This document shows positions 49,701-64,000 of a DNA stretch of 64,000 bases, piece after piece. The notes beneath the pieces were generated by a model. The model saw nothing but the letters and a program-made list of their open reading frames with translations, searched no databases and was not told the origin of the DNA. The stretch comes from Cenococcum geophilum. Lineage: Eukaryota. Every line of letters begins with the position of its first letter. Position 1 is the first letter of the stretch. The translations under genes and the position numbers were made by a program. Where the stretch lies: contig CP158635.1 of the NCBI GenBank assembly GCA_050273025.1, positions 6,944,001-7,008,000 of the forward strand. The letters run 5' to 3'.

Positions 49701-52700
49701 AGCTAGGTAAAGATCTTTACTAAACTTAATATCCGCCAAGCTTTCCACTGAATTAGGATAGACCCTATATCCGAAGATTTAACAACGTTCCGTACCCGCT
49801 ATGGTTCCTATAAATATAAAGTTCTTCCTTTTAGACTAATAAACGGACCGGCTACGTACCAAAGGTATATAAATAACGTTCTTTTTAATTACCTTAACGA
49901 ATTCTGCACGGTATACTTAGACGATATTCTTATATACTTAGATAACGAACTTAAGTATTAAGTTTATATTAAGAAGGTCCTAGAGAGACTATAGAACGCG
50001 GGCTTATAAGTCAATATTAAGAAATGCGAGTTTAGGGTAAAATGTATAAAATACCTTGGGTTTATTATAACTATGGAAGGAATTAAGGTTAACCCTAAGA
50101 AGGTAGAGGCAATCCGTAACTAGAAGCCCCCTTATATAGTAAAAGGAATCTAGTCCTTCCTTAGTTTTTATAATTTCTACCGCTAGTTTATCCGTAACTA
50201 TAGAATTATAGCAAAACCTCTTATATAACTAACTAGGAAGGACACGCCTTTTATCTTTAATAATAGCTATATAGAGGCCTTTAAAGAGGTAAAGGATTGG
50301 CTTATTTCTTTTCTAATCCTTTATTACTATAACCCGGACCTTAAATTAATGCTAGAAACAGACGCCTTTAATAGGGTTGTAGCGGGAATCCTATTACAGT
50401 TATATCTAGACAGCGAATGGTACCCTATAGCTTTCTTCTTAAAGATAATAGACCCGGCTAAGTGTAACTACAAAGTATATAATAAAGAAATGCTAGCTAT
50501 TATTTAATTACTCTCCTAATGGCGTGTAGAGCTTAAAGGTACGAACTCCCGGATTAAGATATATATAGATTATAAAGCCCTAGAATACTTTATAATTATA
50601 AAGTAGCTTATAGGGCGATAAGCCTAGTAGGCCGAAATACTCTCCTAATTCTTCTTTACGATTATATATTGTTCTAGCAAGTAAAACTCTAAGGCTAATG
50701 CCCTAACCCGAAGAGAACAAGATATAGGACCCTAGGATAAGCTAAAGACCCAATATCGGACGCGCGCCCTCCTTTATCTAGAACAGCTCGACCTATAGAT
50801 CCTTAAGGAGCTAGACTCCTAGTAAAACGAGCTAGCACTAATAGAGGAGTCCTTAGATAAGCTAATAGGGCTAATTAACCGCCTCCTAACTATAAACCGC
50901 ACGGCTAATGCCCTAAGGGCCCTCCGTAAACAAGCCGCGAAAGGAGACCCCGATTTTAAGATGGAGGAAGGATTGCTCCTATACCAGGAGCGGCTTATAG
51001 TCCCTAATGTTAATAATCTACAGACTAAACTAATCCGCGAAGCTTATTGCTAAGTCTCTACGGCATACCCTAGCAAGAACAAGACCCGTAAAATTATTAA
51101 CTGCCGCTACTATTAGCCGAGAATGGTTGCGGATATTAATTAATATATATAGAACTGCGAAGACTGCTGGAGAGCTATAATCCTACGGGATAAGACCCTA
51201 GGACTACTTAAGCCACTCCCGATACTAGAGCGCCCTTAGCAGTATATCTTTATAGACTTCTATAAACTACCTAGGGACCGTGACGGATACGATATAGTTA
51301 TAGTTATAGTTAACCGCTTTAGTAAACGCCCGTTTTTAATTCCATATTATAAGAATATCGATGCCAAAGAGGCAGCCTAGCTATATATCTATTACGTCTA
51401 CCGAATCTACAGACTACTAGATACTATTATATCCGATTGCGGGCCGTAGTTTATATTGGCCTTCTGGAATAAGTTTACCTAGATCCTAGGCATTAAGCTA
51501 AAGCTTTCTACGGCTTATTACCCCTAGATAGACGGTTAGACAGAGATTGTAAATTAGTACCTAGACTAGAGGCTTAGGCCCTTTATTAACTATTTCTAGG
51601 ATAACTAGTCTAAACTACTACCCTTAATAGACTACGCGCAAGCAACCCTACCCTATAACTCCACAGGGTTTGCTCTAATTTAGCTGGAAATAGGATACTT
51701 ACCCCGTATAAGCTTTAACTAAAAAAGGCTAGAAGAACCCTAAACTATATAAGAGAAGCTATCCTATGCTAAGGCCTAATAGTACGCTAAATGATTAGAG
51801 GAGGCCTAGACGGTAGCCCGCGAGAACCTAGAAAAAGCTTAGAGGTTAATGGAATAGTAGGCGAACAAACACCGTCGAGAGCCCAATTTTACCCCTGGCG
51901 ATATGGTCTAGGTTATAATAAGAAATTAGAGGACTGAACGACCTAGCTATAAGCTAGACTACTAGATAGTAGGACCGTATAAGGTTCTTAAGAAGATAGG
52001 CAACTTGTATAAGATAAAGCTCCCAGACTTAATTAGGGTTTACCCTATCTTTTCGCCAGATAAGTTACGGAAAGCTATAAACGACCTATTGCCTAGATAA
52101 AAGAACGAGCCTTCCCTACTAGTTTAAGTAAACGGTAATAACAAATAGGAGGTTAACAAAATACTGGCCTATAAGATAGTACGGGGAGTGCTAAAATACC
52201 GTGTTTAATAGAAGGGCTATAATCCTGACCTAACCTAGTACCCTATATGGAACTTTATAGGCTGCCCCTAGAAGCTTAAAGAATTCTATAACTAATACCC
52301 TAATGCGCCTAGACCCCCAAAGTACCTAGACAAATAGTTGGAATACTGGCATAATAAAGACGATAAGTTACCGAAAGAATATAGGGACAAAAACACCCTA
52401 AAGCCCTAATACAGCTGTCTGCTAAATTCTACCATATTCTGCCGTTTTCTGCTAGTACCGTAAAATTTTAGATGTCTAGGAACTTTAACCGCCGGTTAAA
52501 GTTGTCTAATTAGTTAGATCCGTGCTAAGACTTTTAGCGGCTACTCTTTTTGGCCTAGTGCTTCCACTTAGCCTACAATCGCCTTTTGTACTTAGTTAGG
52601 ACGGACTCGTGTCCCCTTTTATCTCCTTATCTTATATTTTTATAATCCTACATTTATAAGCCTAGTGCTACCCTATTTTTTTTAACTAAGCCTAAGGGCA

Positions 52701-52936
52701 GGCTTTCTTTTAAAGAGGGGGGTAATGTAACGGCGCTATCGCACGTTACCTGCCAAATTCTGCCATATTCTGCCGACCTGCGATTAGCCCGCCTAAAGCT
52801 AGCGCCTTGGCGGCTTACCCTATATATTTGTTTACATCGGTCCTGGCGACCCCTTTTCCTTCTCTTTAGCTTAGTATCTTGGTAATATAGCATTCGTTCA
52901 AGCTTCGGTTTAGAGGCATTTGTTTAAGCCGTAACA
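46747..52936 (+). mobile_element. Full-length Gypsy (chromovirus) family B, copy 1, RIPped
   Basis: 211-bp LTRs at 46747-46957 and 52726-52936, TSD CTACC, PPT AAAGAGGGGGG, YLDD at ~49914, integrase HP.TDG.TE, chromodomain at ~52140-52290. Confidence 0.96.
48330..48369 (+). promoter_or_regulatory. Putative -1 gag/pol ribosomal frameshift signal
   Basis: GGGAAAA slippery heptamer followed 5 nt later by stem ACCCTAGGG/CCCTAGGGT, at the gag-protease boundary. Confidence 0.6.
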
Positions 52937-54795
52937 CTACCCTAGGTTACCTAGTAGTTCTTAAATAGCCCTAAATAAAGCTATATAAAGTAGTTATTAA
53001 TTAAAATAACCTTAAGCTTCTATTTACTGCTCTATACTATAAGCAGGAATGCTCTATAATATACCGTCCTAACCCTAAACTAAAATCTAGGAAATCTACT
53101 AAAATCTATTAGCTTAAGATTTTTACTAATATCTACCCTACGCCTAAGGAATTTACCAGATTCCACTAACCTAGGAATTCCACTAATATCTATTAAGGAT
53201 TTAAAAATTCTACTAAACCCTATAATTTAATCCTAAGCACTATACCGCCTAAAGCTAGGTAGAAGCTTAAGCTTACTACGCGAAGATATTAAAAGGACTA
53301 GTATTCTACTATAAAAAGGATACTTAAAGAACCTAAACTTAAATCTAATACTAACTCTATACCTAACACCGAACCTAAAATTAAGTAGGGAACTATATAA
53401 GAAACTATGGACGACTAGAGCCCGCTTAACGCCCTAGACATCTATATAATTAGAGCTACCCCGCTAGCGCGACTCGCTAAAAGACCCGAATATAGGATCT
53501 TTACTGTCACTATAGCTAATATTAAAAAGGCCTTAGCACTAAAGAAGCACACTGACCCCGCTATAAAGGTACTAGTAGAGTACTATAACCGCCTAGAGGT
53601 ATTCTTATAGAAGGATGTCGATAAGCTACCGGAATACCAACTATACAATTATAAGATTGTACTTAAAGAAGGAAAGCAGCCTAGATTTAAACCCCTATAC
53701 GAAATGTTTTAAAATAAACTCTAAGTATTATAGAAGTACCTAAACAAGAACCTAAGTAAAGGATTTATTAGAGTAAGCTCTTTACCAGTAGCCATACCAG
53801 TAATCTTTATTAAGAAACTAGACGGTGGACTATGCTTCTATATAGACTACTAAGCTCTTAACGCAGTTACTGTTAAAAACTAATATCTAATCCCGTTAAT
53901 ATAAGAGACGCTAAACCGATTAAGTAAAGCTCGCTTCTATATAAAGCTTAATATTATCTCTATATTTAACCGCCTCCGTATTATAAAAGGAGATAAATAG
54001 CTTACTGCATTTTGTACCCAATATAGATTATTTAAGTACTTAGTAATACCCTTTAGCCTTATAAACGCTCCAAGCTCGTTTTAATATTATATAAATAACA
54101 CCCTACGTCCCTACCTAGATATCTTCTATACTGCTTATATTAACGACATCTTAATATATAGTAATAACCTGACCGAATACTAAAAATATATTAATCTTGT
54201 CCTATAAGCCCTATACGGAGCTAGTCTATAATTAGATATAGATAAATACAAGTTTTATAAAACGGAAGTCCTATACCTTAGACTTCTTATTTCTATAAAT
54301 AGTATATAAATAGACCTAAAGAAGGTTAAAGTAATTATAAACTAGTAAGAACCTAAGAATATTAAGGTCGTAAGAGCCTATATAGGATTTACCAACTTCT
54401 ACTAATGGTTTATTAATAACTTCTCCGCCCTAGTTTACTCCTTATAGCTTTAACCTAAAAGGATAAAGCCTTTATCTTTAATAAGGAATATAAGAAGGCC
54501 ATTACTTACCTAAAGGTTATATTTACTACCGCACCTATACTCTAACACTTTAACCTAAACTAAATAAGTGTTATAAAAGCTAATTTATTTAATTACGTTA
54601 CTAAAGGTATCCTATCTTAATATAATAAGAATAGAGTATTATACCCTATAGTATACTTCTTAAAATAACTAAGCCTAGTTAAATGTAACTATAAGATCTA
54701 TAATAAAGAATTTCTAGCTATTTTAAATAATAGTAACCTAAACTAGAAGGCGCCGGGTTTTTAATTAAGGTCCTTAGCGACTATAAGAATCTATA

Positions 54796-57700
54796 GAGAC
54801 CTTTATATTTTAATAGCCTAACTATATTAATATGCAATTACTACGTTATTAAAGGCGTCTTAATATTTGCTTCTTGGCATTTCTAAGGTAGCAGTCCTTA
54901 TAGTAAATGTTACGGACCTTATATCGGCAGTAGTGCGACTACTAAGGGCAGATATAAACGGGTTAGTTAAGATAGTATGGGAGGCGCTAGAACCAATCAA
55001 GCTATAGGACGAGGGGTAGCCGAGTTATATAGCCAGTTACGTTATAAGTTTGGAACGTAGGAATGTAGGAATATAGGAATGCGATATACTAACGTACTAA
55101 CGTACTAACGTACTAAACTCTTTACTATAGAGAGGAGTTATATATTTAAGGACACACGGTCTCTATAGATAGTTTCTCTTCCTTATAGTAAATCTTAGAA
55201 TATAATTAGAGTTAATCTGTTAGGTAACCACTCTACTAGTCATATTTATGTTATTAACTATTCTATACCTATATACCTAGCCTATTAATAAGTCTACTGT
55301 AGTATTTCCTACAAGGCTTTATTATATATTTACTACTAAGGTTACAGTAAAAGAAGTTAAATAATATGCTACTAAAAGCAGTAGCTATAACAGCGTTAAC
55401 AGCAGCGACTACCTTAGGATTAGGTAATAACACTAGTATAGCAGATACTAACTCGCAACTAGTTACTATTAGATAGCTATAGGAAATAGTTAATTAATTA
55501 ACAGACAATAATAGGATACTTAAAGAAAGAATTAATAGTATCGGAGCAGCTAAGGTTAAGTTACCCTTAATTAAGCGATTCTTAGGGGAGAAGTTAAAGC
55601 TTAAGGGATTTCTTACATAAATGCACTTTAAGGTTACGTAGGAAGGAGTTAAACTAGAAACGCCTATAGATTAAGTCGCTTACATAGGATTATTCTTAAT
55701 AGGAAGGGCACTTAAGTGGTTTAAGCCTTACCTTACGGAGGTACAGAAGTATAGCATAATAACTATTAACTAGGAGGTATAGTATATGTTCTTAAGTTAG
55801 AACGGGTTTATAGAACAATTAATGCAAATATTTAAAGACCTAAAGGCAACTACTACGGTAGAAAGGAAGCTTTAAAACCTAGTATAAAGGACTTCAGCAA
55901 TTAAGTATATAACGTAGTTTTAAATATTAGTAATATAGGTTAAATAGAATAATAAAGCGCTTATATTACAGTATAAATAAGGACTTAAGGCTAAAGTCTA
56001 GGATATAATTATCCTAATAGAAGATGCGGATACTCTTAGGGATTTAATTAATTAAGCAATTAAGATTAATAATAGGATCTACTAAAGAGAGCAGACTAAG
56101 AAGGGTTAGAATAGAGTTTTACAGTTATATAAGGCGCAGGGTATATAACGATAAAGTTAAAGTTAAAAACTATGGTATAGCGCAGAGCTAATAGACCTAA
56201 GTAGTACTAAAGAATTTAGGAAATAGAATAAAAAATTATAGAAACCTAGAGAATAAGGATTAAGTAATTAAAGGTCTAAAGAGCAAAGGCCAAACTAGGG
56301 ATCTTAGTAATAGAAGACGTTTAGGCGGACTCTATAATAAGAAAAATAGTTTAAAAAGGAGCTTATATAAATTGCGGAAAATAGGGTTACTACGTTAAAG
56401 ACTATAAGAGTAGTTAAAGTTACTATATAGTAAAAGGAATAAGACTAGTAGACGACATATATGTATAGAGGAATAATAGTATACTGCGAGAAATAAAGGA
56501 ATGTTTAATTAACAGTTTTACGTTTTATTATAATAACGTATGCTAAATTTATAAGGGCGCTAAGTATAGCGTAAGCTATTAGCTATAAGAGCTAAAATTA
56601 ATAGAGTTTAGAGGAACTAACGAACTAGTTCGCAGATCGGATATTAAGGATAATAAATTTAATATAGGTAAAATATTTAGTAACGATAAGGTAATAAAAG
56701 CAGCTTACTAGGAGTATATAGACCTTAGAGATGTTATATAAGAGGTAGAGGACAATTCCACTATAGAATAGGGAACGTCAGTAGGGATTAAGACCCCACT
56801 AGATATAATATCTATTGCTTTATAAGACGCAAGAGAAGTAGGACAGTAAACTACTTTGGCACTTAATAAAGGCAAAAGGCTAAAGGCTTAAGATTCTTAG
56901 GAAGAAATATAAGACGCTTAAGATTTCTAAGACGGGATGGGACACGCTTAAGGACCCACAATAGACGATAACCGATGGAGTAGAGTAATGGCTTAGTTCA
57001 GTAATATATAAATAAGCTTAGGACGAAGTTTCCCAAAGGCATAAGATTCTTAAGATAAGATAAGTGAGATTTAAGACTCTTAAGACGAGATAAGAACACT
57101 AAAGAAACCTAATTAGACTAAGGTAGGAGCTAAGCTTAAGATAGAAGCAAGCTTAAGATTAAGAATCCTATGGGACTAAGATTCTAACGCTAGGATAAGG
57201 ACTATTAAAGAAATTGCGAGCAAGGCTTAGCAATAGGATTAAAATGTTAATACTAAGATTAAAAAATAAGAAGACTTTAAAGATCTATCTATAAGACGCA
57301 AACCAAAAGAAACCATAGAGGAGTTTAGACAAAGAATTATTATATAGTAAAAACAGAAACTAGACTAGAGATCTAGTATACTAGGTTATATAAGGGACAG
57401 AGCACCTATATAAAGAATTACTAATAGGCCTAGGGTAGGCACACTAAGAGCCAAATGGCTTACCGAACTAGAAGATGAAGAGGATTTAAGGATCCCTACT
57501 AGGTTCAAAAAACGACATATAAAAGGCTATTATAATATAGTAATAAGAAGATACTTTCTTACGGATAAGCCGTACACACTCTAACAGCTATACTAAAAGT
57601 GGTATAGACAGCGACACAACGATAAGTAAGAAGATTTCTATATGTGGTTAAATAAATAAGTTATCCAAGACCATCTAATTATAGAGAAGGCTATAACTTA

Positions 57701-60700
57701 TATTAAAGGAGCCTTAATTATAACGTTAAAGGATCTAGAGGAATAATTAAAGGACTAAAGAAGTAAGAGACGTATCTTAGTACCCGCGAATAAAGTTATA
57801 GCGTTTAGATTAGCACAATAAAGGTTTAAACTTAAAGATAAAGATAAGTTAAGAGTTAACCTAAAGCACCTAGCATACTATACGCTATTATAAATTATAT
57901 GCGTAGATAATATATACAAAATGCATAAAAATCCAAAAAAAAAAAAAAAGAATTGGAAGTACCCTATAAGGATATATTAGGCGCTAGATAAGTAATAGTA
58001 TAGAAATGCTAAGTATATACATAGCTAGCATTTAGTAAAAGTTTAGGAGTTAGAAGACTTAATACTTTAACTAAGAAGATTCCTTACGGAAGAATGCGTA
58101 GATAGATAATAGTAGTGGGAATGCCTAGAGAATATATATCTATAGTATATTAAAGACAAAAAACGAACTAGGTATTAGCTAAAGAGTAAGCTAAGTGTAT
58201 ATAGATTAAGTAGCTAATAGTTAAGAAAAGTAGAGGCCTACGGAACTAGAGGGAGCTAGTAGTAGAGCCTTAAACCCTTAAAGGAATTTAAGAATAACAC
58301 CTAAATTTATAAGTTAAGTGGTAAGATTAGTAGTTTAAAGTATTAATAGATAGTGGAGCAACGCGGAACTATATCTTACTAGCAGCAGTTAAAAGAATGG
58401 GATTACCTTATAGATAAAAGGAGCAACTTTACCTATTAGTTATAATTTTAGGAGATCCAATAGCCTATAGAGGAGGGATTATTAACCTTAAAATAGGACT
58501 AATTTAGATAACTATTAAAGGGAGATAAATCCAGATATCTTTTAATATCCTACTATTAGAATAGGATAAAGCAGTATTAGGAATGCTTTAGTTATAGGAA
58601 TACAACCTAAAAATTAATTAGATTATAGGTTAGGTTAATATTAGAGATACTTAATACCATAAGATATAATAGCAGACTAAGTTAGTATAGTACTAAGTTA
58701 GAGTAATATATAAAGAGACTAAGCGAGGCTTAAGTTATATACTAAAAAGATACTATAAATATAGTAAGAAGCTATAGAGTCTAAAAAGTAAAAAGCTAGT
58801 AGATTATATAGCATGGAACTATAAGATAGAGTTAGAACTAGAAATAAGTCTAAGGTTCTTTCTAATCTATAAGCTTACTTAAGAGGAGTTAAGAGCACTT
58901 AAAGAGTTTATTTAAAAAAAACTTATAAAAAGGATATATTAGACTATCGCAATTATTAGTAGGTTATCTAGTATTATTTATACTAAAGAAGAACGGAAAA
59001 CTTAGGTTATATATTAACTACAAACAGTTAAATAGCATTACTTAAAAGGATAGGTATCCTTTACCCTTAATTAGCGAAATCTAAGATAGGATAGGCAACG
59101 TGTAAATCTTTATAAAGATAGATCTAAGATAGGCGTACCATTAGATTAGAATTAAGGAAGGCGATAAATAGAAGGCAGCCTTTAGGTTAAGAGAAGGACT
59201 ATATAAGCCATTAGTTATATAATTTAGGTTAATAAATATACTAGTAATATTTTAGAAACAAATTAATAGCGTATTAGAAGAACACCTTAATAAGTTTATT
59301 ATAATATACCTTAACGATATTATTATCTACTTAATAACTAAGGAAGAATATGGGGAATACGTTAAATAGGTCTTAAAGAGACTATAAGAAGAATAGATGC
59401 TAGTAGAAATTAAGAAATACGAGTTCTTTATAAGGAAGACCGATTTCGTTAGATTTATTATTAAACTAGGTTATATTAGAATGGACCTAAAGAAGATTAA
59501 AGCTATAGTAAGTTAGTAAGAACCAGAGAATGTAATATAGTTAAGGTTATTTTTAGGGTTTTGCAACTACTACAGAAGGTTTATAGTATAATAGTTAAAG
59601 AATATTAAACCGTTTACTAAGCTTATAAAGAAAGAGGAACTATAGGCATAGGGGGACAAATAAAAGAAGTTGTTTAAAAAACTTAAGGAGTTATTTACCT
59701 AAGAACTAATTCTTAAAATCTATTAACCAGGATTAAATACAGTTATGGAAACGAACGTATTAGACTTTATACTAGGAGTATACTTACTATAGAAGTATAA
59801 GGACGCATAGCATCTAGTAGCATACTATAGTTAAAAGATAATACTACTAGAGTTAAACTATAACGTCTATAACAAGGAGTTATTAGGTATAGTTATAGTA
59901 CTTAAGGAATAGAGAGCATTCTTATAAGGCGCAGAAAAACCATTTATAGTTAAGACAGATTATAAGAACCTAACGGGGTTCCTAATAACAAAAGAACTTA
60001 ATTATAGATAAGTTAAATAGGCAGAGATACTTGCAGAATACTATTTTAAGATTTAGTATATTAAAGGAACTAAAAACGTAAGAGCGGATATACTTAGTAG
60101 GAAAGCTAAACTATAAAATAACGAAAAACTATTAGAAGCAATGCTACGCAAAAATAAGGACGGATTAATTAGATACAATTACCCTAAACTAGCAGCAACT
60201 TAAGAGGATAATAAACTAAAAAGAATCTATAAAATACCAGAGAGCTTTTAGGTATAAAGAATTCTAGAAGTATAGCTAGAAGATCTATAGATAGATATAT
60301 ACAAAAATTAAGAAATAAAGTATATCCTAAAGAGCATAGCAGAGCATTTTATAGAAGACTTCTATAAGGGAATAACTTAAGGACATAATGGAGCAACAGG
60401 CTTAGTGTTAAGACTTTAAGAAGAATACATTATTAATAAAATCTAAAATATTATAAGAAAAGTAATAAGGGAGTATCTAGATTACTAAAGGAATAAATTA
60501 ATAAGGCATAAGCTATATAGAGGGCTACAACCTATTAAAATACTAGAAAGACTATAGGAAGTCATATTATAGGACTTTATTATTAAGTTACTAAAGTTAA
60601 AAGACCTTATTACCAAATAGGAGCATAACGTAATCTTAGTAATAGTAGATAAGTTAACTAAATAGGGCTACTTTATAGCATGTATAGAAGAAATCTTAGC

Positions 60701-63700
60701 AGAAGATATCGCTAGAATCTATATTAAAGAAGTATTCGCAAGATATAAAGCACTAAGCAAGATTATATTGGATAAAGATTTAAGATTCGTAACAGTATTC
60801 TAGGAGGTATTCTTAGCGGAATAAGGAGTTAGAGTAGTAACTTCTACCGTATATTACCCGCAAACGGATAGTTAAACGGAAAGACTAAATTAGACGCTAG
60901 AATAGTATCTAAGATATTATATTAATTATATACAGAATAATTAGGTATTACTATTACCAATTATATAGTTTATATATAACGCAACACCATAAAAAGGAAT
61001 AGGTATATTACTATTTAAGGCAAATTACGGGTATAAGCTAAAAACATCATTGTTACTACAATAAGTAAAGAAAATAAGTAGTACAGCTAAAGAAAGGATA
61101 AAGATACTAATAAATCTTTATATAGACCTTATAGAATTAGTAAAAAAGGTATAAAAGAAAATAAAAAGGTACTATAACGCTAAGAGATCTAAGGGACCAG
61201 ATTTTAAGGAGTGAGATATAGTATAGCTACTATATAAAAATTTTAAGAGTTAATAACTAAGCAAGAAGTTGGACCACGTTAGACTAGGACCTTTTAAAAT
61301 TATATAGAGAATTTTACTAGTTACGTTTAAGTTAACCTACTAGCTAAGATAAAGATCTACCCTATACAGCATATCGCGATGCTAGAGCTAGTATATAGGA
61401 ATATTAAGCTACCAATTTATAAAGAAGACACGTATAGAGGATAAGAAGAAGATAAATAATAAGTTTTAAGGATTATTAGTTATAAGGACGTTAACAATAA
61501 AATATAGTATAAAGTTAGGTAAATAGGCTATGATAAAACTACCTAGGAACTACTATAGAATTTAAAGAATACTATAGGAAAGGTATAGGAATATTAGAAG
61601 AAAATAGGTTAGGTAATATTAAGAAAGAGCCTAAAATAAAAGGATTAGTTAAAGGTAATAGATAAGCTAGATTATCTAAAGGATCCACCACCAGCGTATA
61701 AACTGTTTCCGCCTCTTCTTAATTAGAATCCTTTTTAGCCTCTTTAGCCTTAAGTTTGGATAGACCTTACTCTACTAAATAAAGCTCTTTTAAGCGTACC
61801 TTTTTACGCACTTTTACTAAACGGCTTAGGCGAGTATAAGTATCTAGTTAAGCTTTTAGAGCCTAAGACGCCTTATTAGAATAACGCTAAACCTTAGCAA
61901 GGGCCTTAACCAGCTTACTCTTTAGTCTTTTAGCCGCTACTAACACGCGTAACCCTAAAGGAGATTAAATAGGGAACTAGACGGTTATAGAGAATAATAA
62001 GACGTATATACTTAGCGTTAGAGATAGATTAAACGTTATAGGACAACCGCATATTCGCTCGAGTATACTTAGCATAAAAAGAAGGTTAGCAACTAAATGG
62101 AGCTGCGATTGTAATATATACTAACTTCTTCTCTATATAACAAGAATAGAACGGTATAACTTTACTAAGTAACAGAATAAACGTCACCAGCTAGTTATAA
62201 TAATTAGACGCAGAAGATTTAATAAGAGGCATTAGAAATAATAAAGGTTATTAAATTAAAGACGGGAATGCTATACCTCTAATAAACGACTTAGAGATAG
62301 GAGATATCTTTAAAGACAAAGATAAAGAGGAGGGGGATGGTGTTACGGACCTTATATTGGTAGTAGTGCGACTACTAAGGGCAGATATAAATGGGTTAGT
62401 TAAGATAGTATAGGAGGAGCTAGAACTAATTAAGCTATAAAATAAAAGGTAGCTAAGTTATATAGCTAGTTATGTTATAAGTTTAGAACGTAGGAACGTA
62501 GGAATATGGGAACGCGACGTACTAACGTACTAACGTACCGACGTACTGAACTCTTTATTATAGAGAGGAGTTATATATTTAAGGACACACGGTCTTTATA
62601 GATAGTTTCTCTTCCTTATAGTAAATCTTAGAATATAATTAGAGTTAATCTGTTAGGCAACTACTCCACTAGTTATGTTTACGTTGTTAACTATTCTATA
62701 CCTACATACCCAGCCCATTAACAAGTCCACCGTAGTATTTCCTACAAGGCTTCGTTATAGTAAAATGGCTTATCCTTAGTAACTATAATCCCCTTTATAC
62801 TTCTAGCGAGGAGACATATTTAAAAAGGAGGAAGGTGTTATAGTCTCTTATACTAAGTCTTTATAGTAGCTTTAGTAAGCACGCCTTTTTTATAAAGGCG
62901 CGATTATATAGTAGCTAGAGCTATTATAAAAGGAACCTCTATAGGGTTATCTACTAGTATAAACGTATTAAGTCCGTTAATATATAGGATATAGGCTATT
63001 TCTGCCTAATCTTTAATAAAGTTAATTATATTATAGAGACCGTTAAAGAAGGCTCCCTTCTCTTATAGAACACTAAGCGAGATAATATTTATAAAGAAGT
63101 TAGGATAGTAATATACTTTGGTAAATATAATTATATAGGCCAAGTAGTTAGTTTGGGCGACTATAAGCTTAACTAATCTAACGCCAATGGCCTTTATTAG
63201 GCCTCCTCCTGTCTAAATTTAGATAGGTTTAATTTTCTTATACTAGATAAACTTCTTAATATTATTGCCTATATAAATATTTAACTATTAGCTATCTAGG
63301 AGTTCTTAATATTTATTCCTAAAGCTATAGCTGCTAGCCCAATAACCTATATAGTAAAGATTGATCTAGTTACCAAATTAGTAGCTTAAAAGGGGCGATT
63401 AGATGTCCCCTTAGAGGCCTTATTTATATTTAAGGCTACTTTATTACCTAAGCGCGGAGGTCGTTTCTCTCTAGGTCTCCACTATTCGGGTCTTAAGTAA
63501 GCATACTTTATTTAGCAGCCTTCCTCGCCACCTAGATAGCCTAGCTTATACTATTTATATTTATTTAAAGCATCCTTAATAGGGCCCTAATTACCTAATA
63601 AGGCACCACGGCCAGCTCCCCCGCCTCCGCCGCGACTATTGCTGCGACTATAACTATTGCCACGTCCTTAACCGGGGTTACCTAGTGGCTTATTAACTAA

Positions 63701-64000
63701 GGCAAAGCTCTTAGGTAAGTCCTTCTGCCGAGTCTCGTTAGTAAGGTCAGCGATTAATTAAAGTAGTAAAATTGTATGGCTATTGCGGATCTTGTCTTAT
63801 TGGATTTAAGCCTATATAGGGAAGTGTTTATTAACGGCGTTAATAAATTAATAGTTAATAATCATGTTATCTAGGGCAAGCTTTACCTGCTTAATTCCTT
63901 AAACCGCTTCTTAGCAACGGCTTGAAAAAGTAGTAATTACTTAGTTTAATTAAAAACGGAGCTTAATAAAAGTCTCCTATATATTGGCCTTATAGATTAA
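54796..64000 (-). mobile_element. RIPped Ty1/Copia gag-protease-integrase fragment hosting element C2
   Basis: De-RIPped NSWIADS (~63290), V.Y.PDFFVNIISLS (~63100), TWHKRL.H (~62850) and C..C.LGNAKKQISR (~54880); a Gly/Arg-rich gag region near 63630. Confidence 0.75.
54908..62759 (+). mobile_element. Full-length Gypsy (chromovirus) family C, copy 2, RIPped
   Basis: 419-bp LTRs at 54908-55326 and 62341-62759, TSD GTAAA, PPT, colinear with C1. Confidence 0.96.

Larger units (their letters stand above)
35607..54795 (+). mobile_element. Gypsy family A copy 2 (5' LTR 35607-35965, gag, PR, RT, RNase H), hosting C1 and B1; 3' end lost
   Basis: The sequence resumes in register after TSDs GTAAG (gag zinc knuckle) and CTACC (protease); colinear with A1. 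Confidence 0.9.

Noticed and set aside
1..64000. Starship (tyrosine-recombinase captain) element
   Set aside because: No captain-like ORF or boundary could be recognised; a RIPped relic cannot be excluded without a profile search.

Overview
AT-rich, TpA-saturated block from a filamentous ascomycete that has undergone heavy RIP (C>T / G>A). It is almost entirely nested transposons: at least five Ty3/Gypsy families (three TSD-bounded full-length copies plus fragments), Ty1/Copia elements and solo LTRs, hAT-, CACTA-like, Helitron-like and pogo-like non-autonomous DNA elements and MITEs. The only intact long ORF is a Copia gag-protease (7232-8962); no intact host gene, rRNA or tRNA was recognised. 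Three things stand out. (1) Four ~1 kb non-coding, SINE-like retroelements of two families each begin with an HDV-like self-cleaving ribozyme fold. In the three TSD-bounded copies the 5' end is exactly the predicted cleavage nucleotide, P1 and P1.1 covary between copies, and the copies share a LINE-like 3' end with a (TAC)n or (AAT)n tail. (2) An un-RIPped Copia derivative carries a perfect 225-bp RT-derived hairpin downstream of its LTR, a candidate trans-silencing locus. (3) One Gypsy family carries an antisense, probably intron-containing Zn(II)2Cys6-like/coiled-coil accessory gene. All alignments and folds were done by eye; the TSD/TIR-defined ends are exact, the others approximate.
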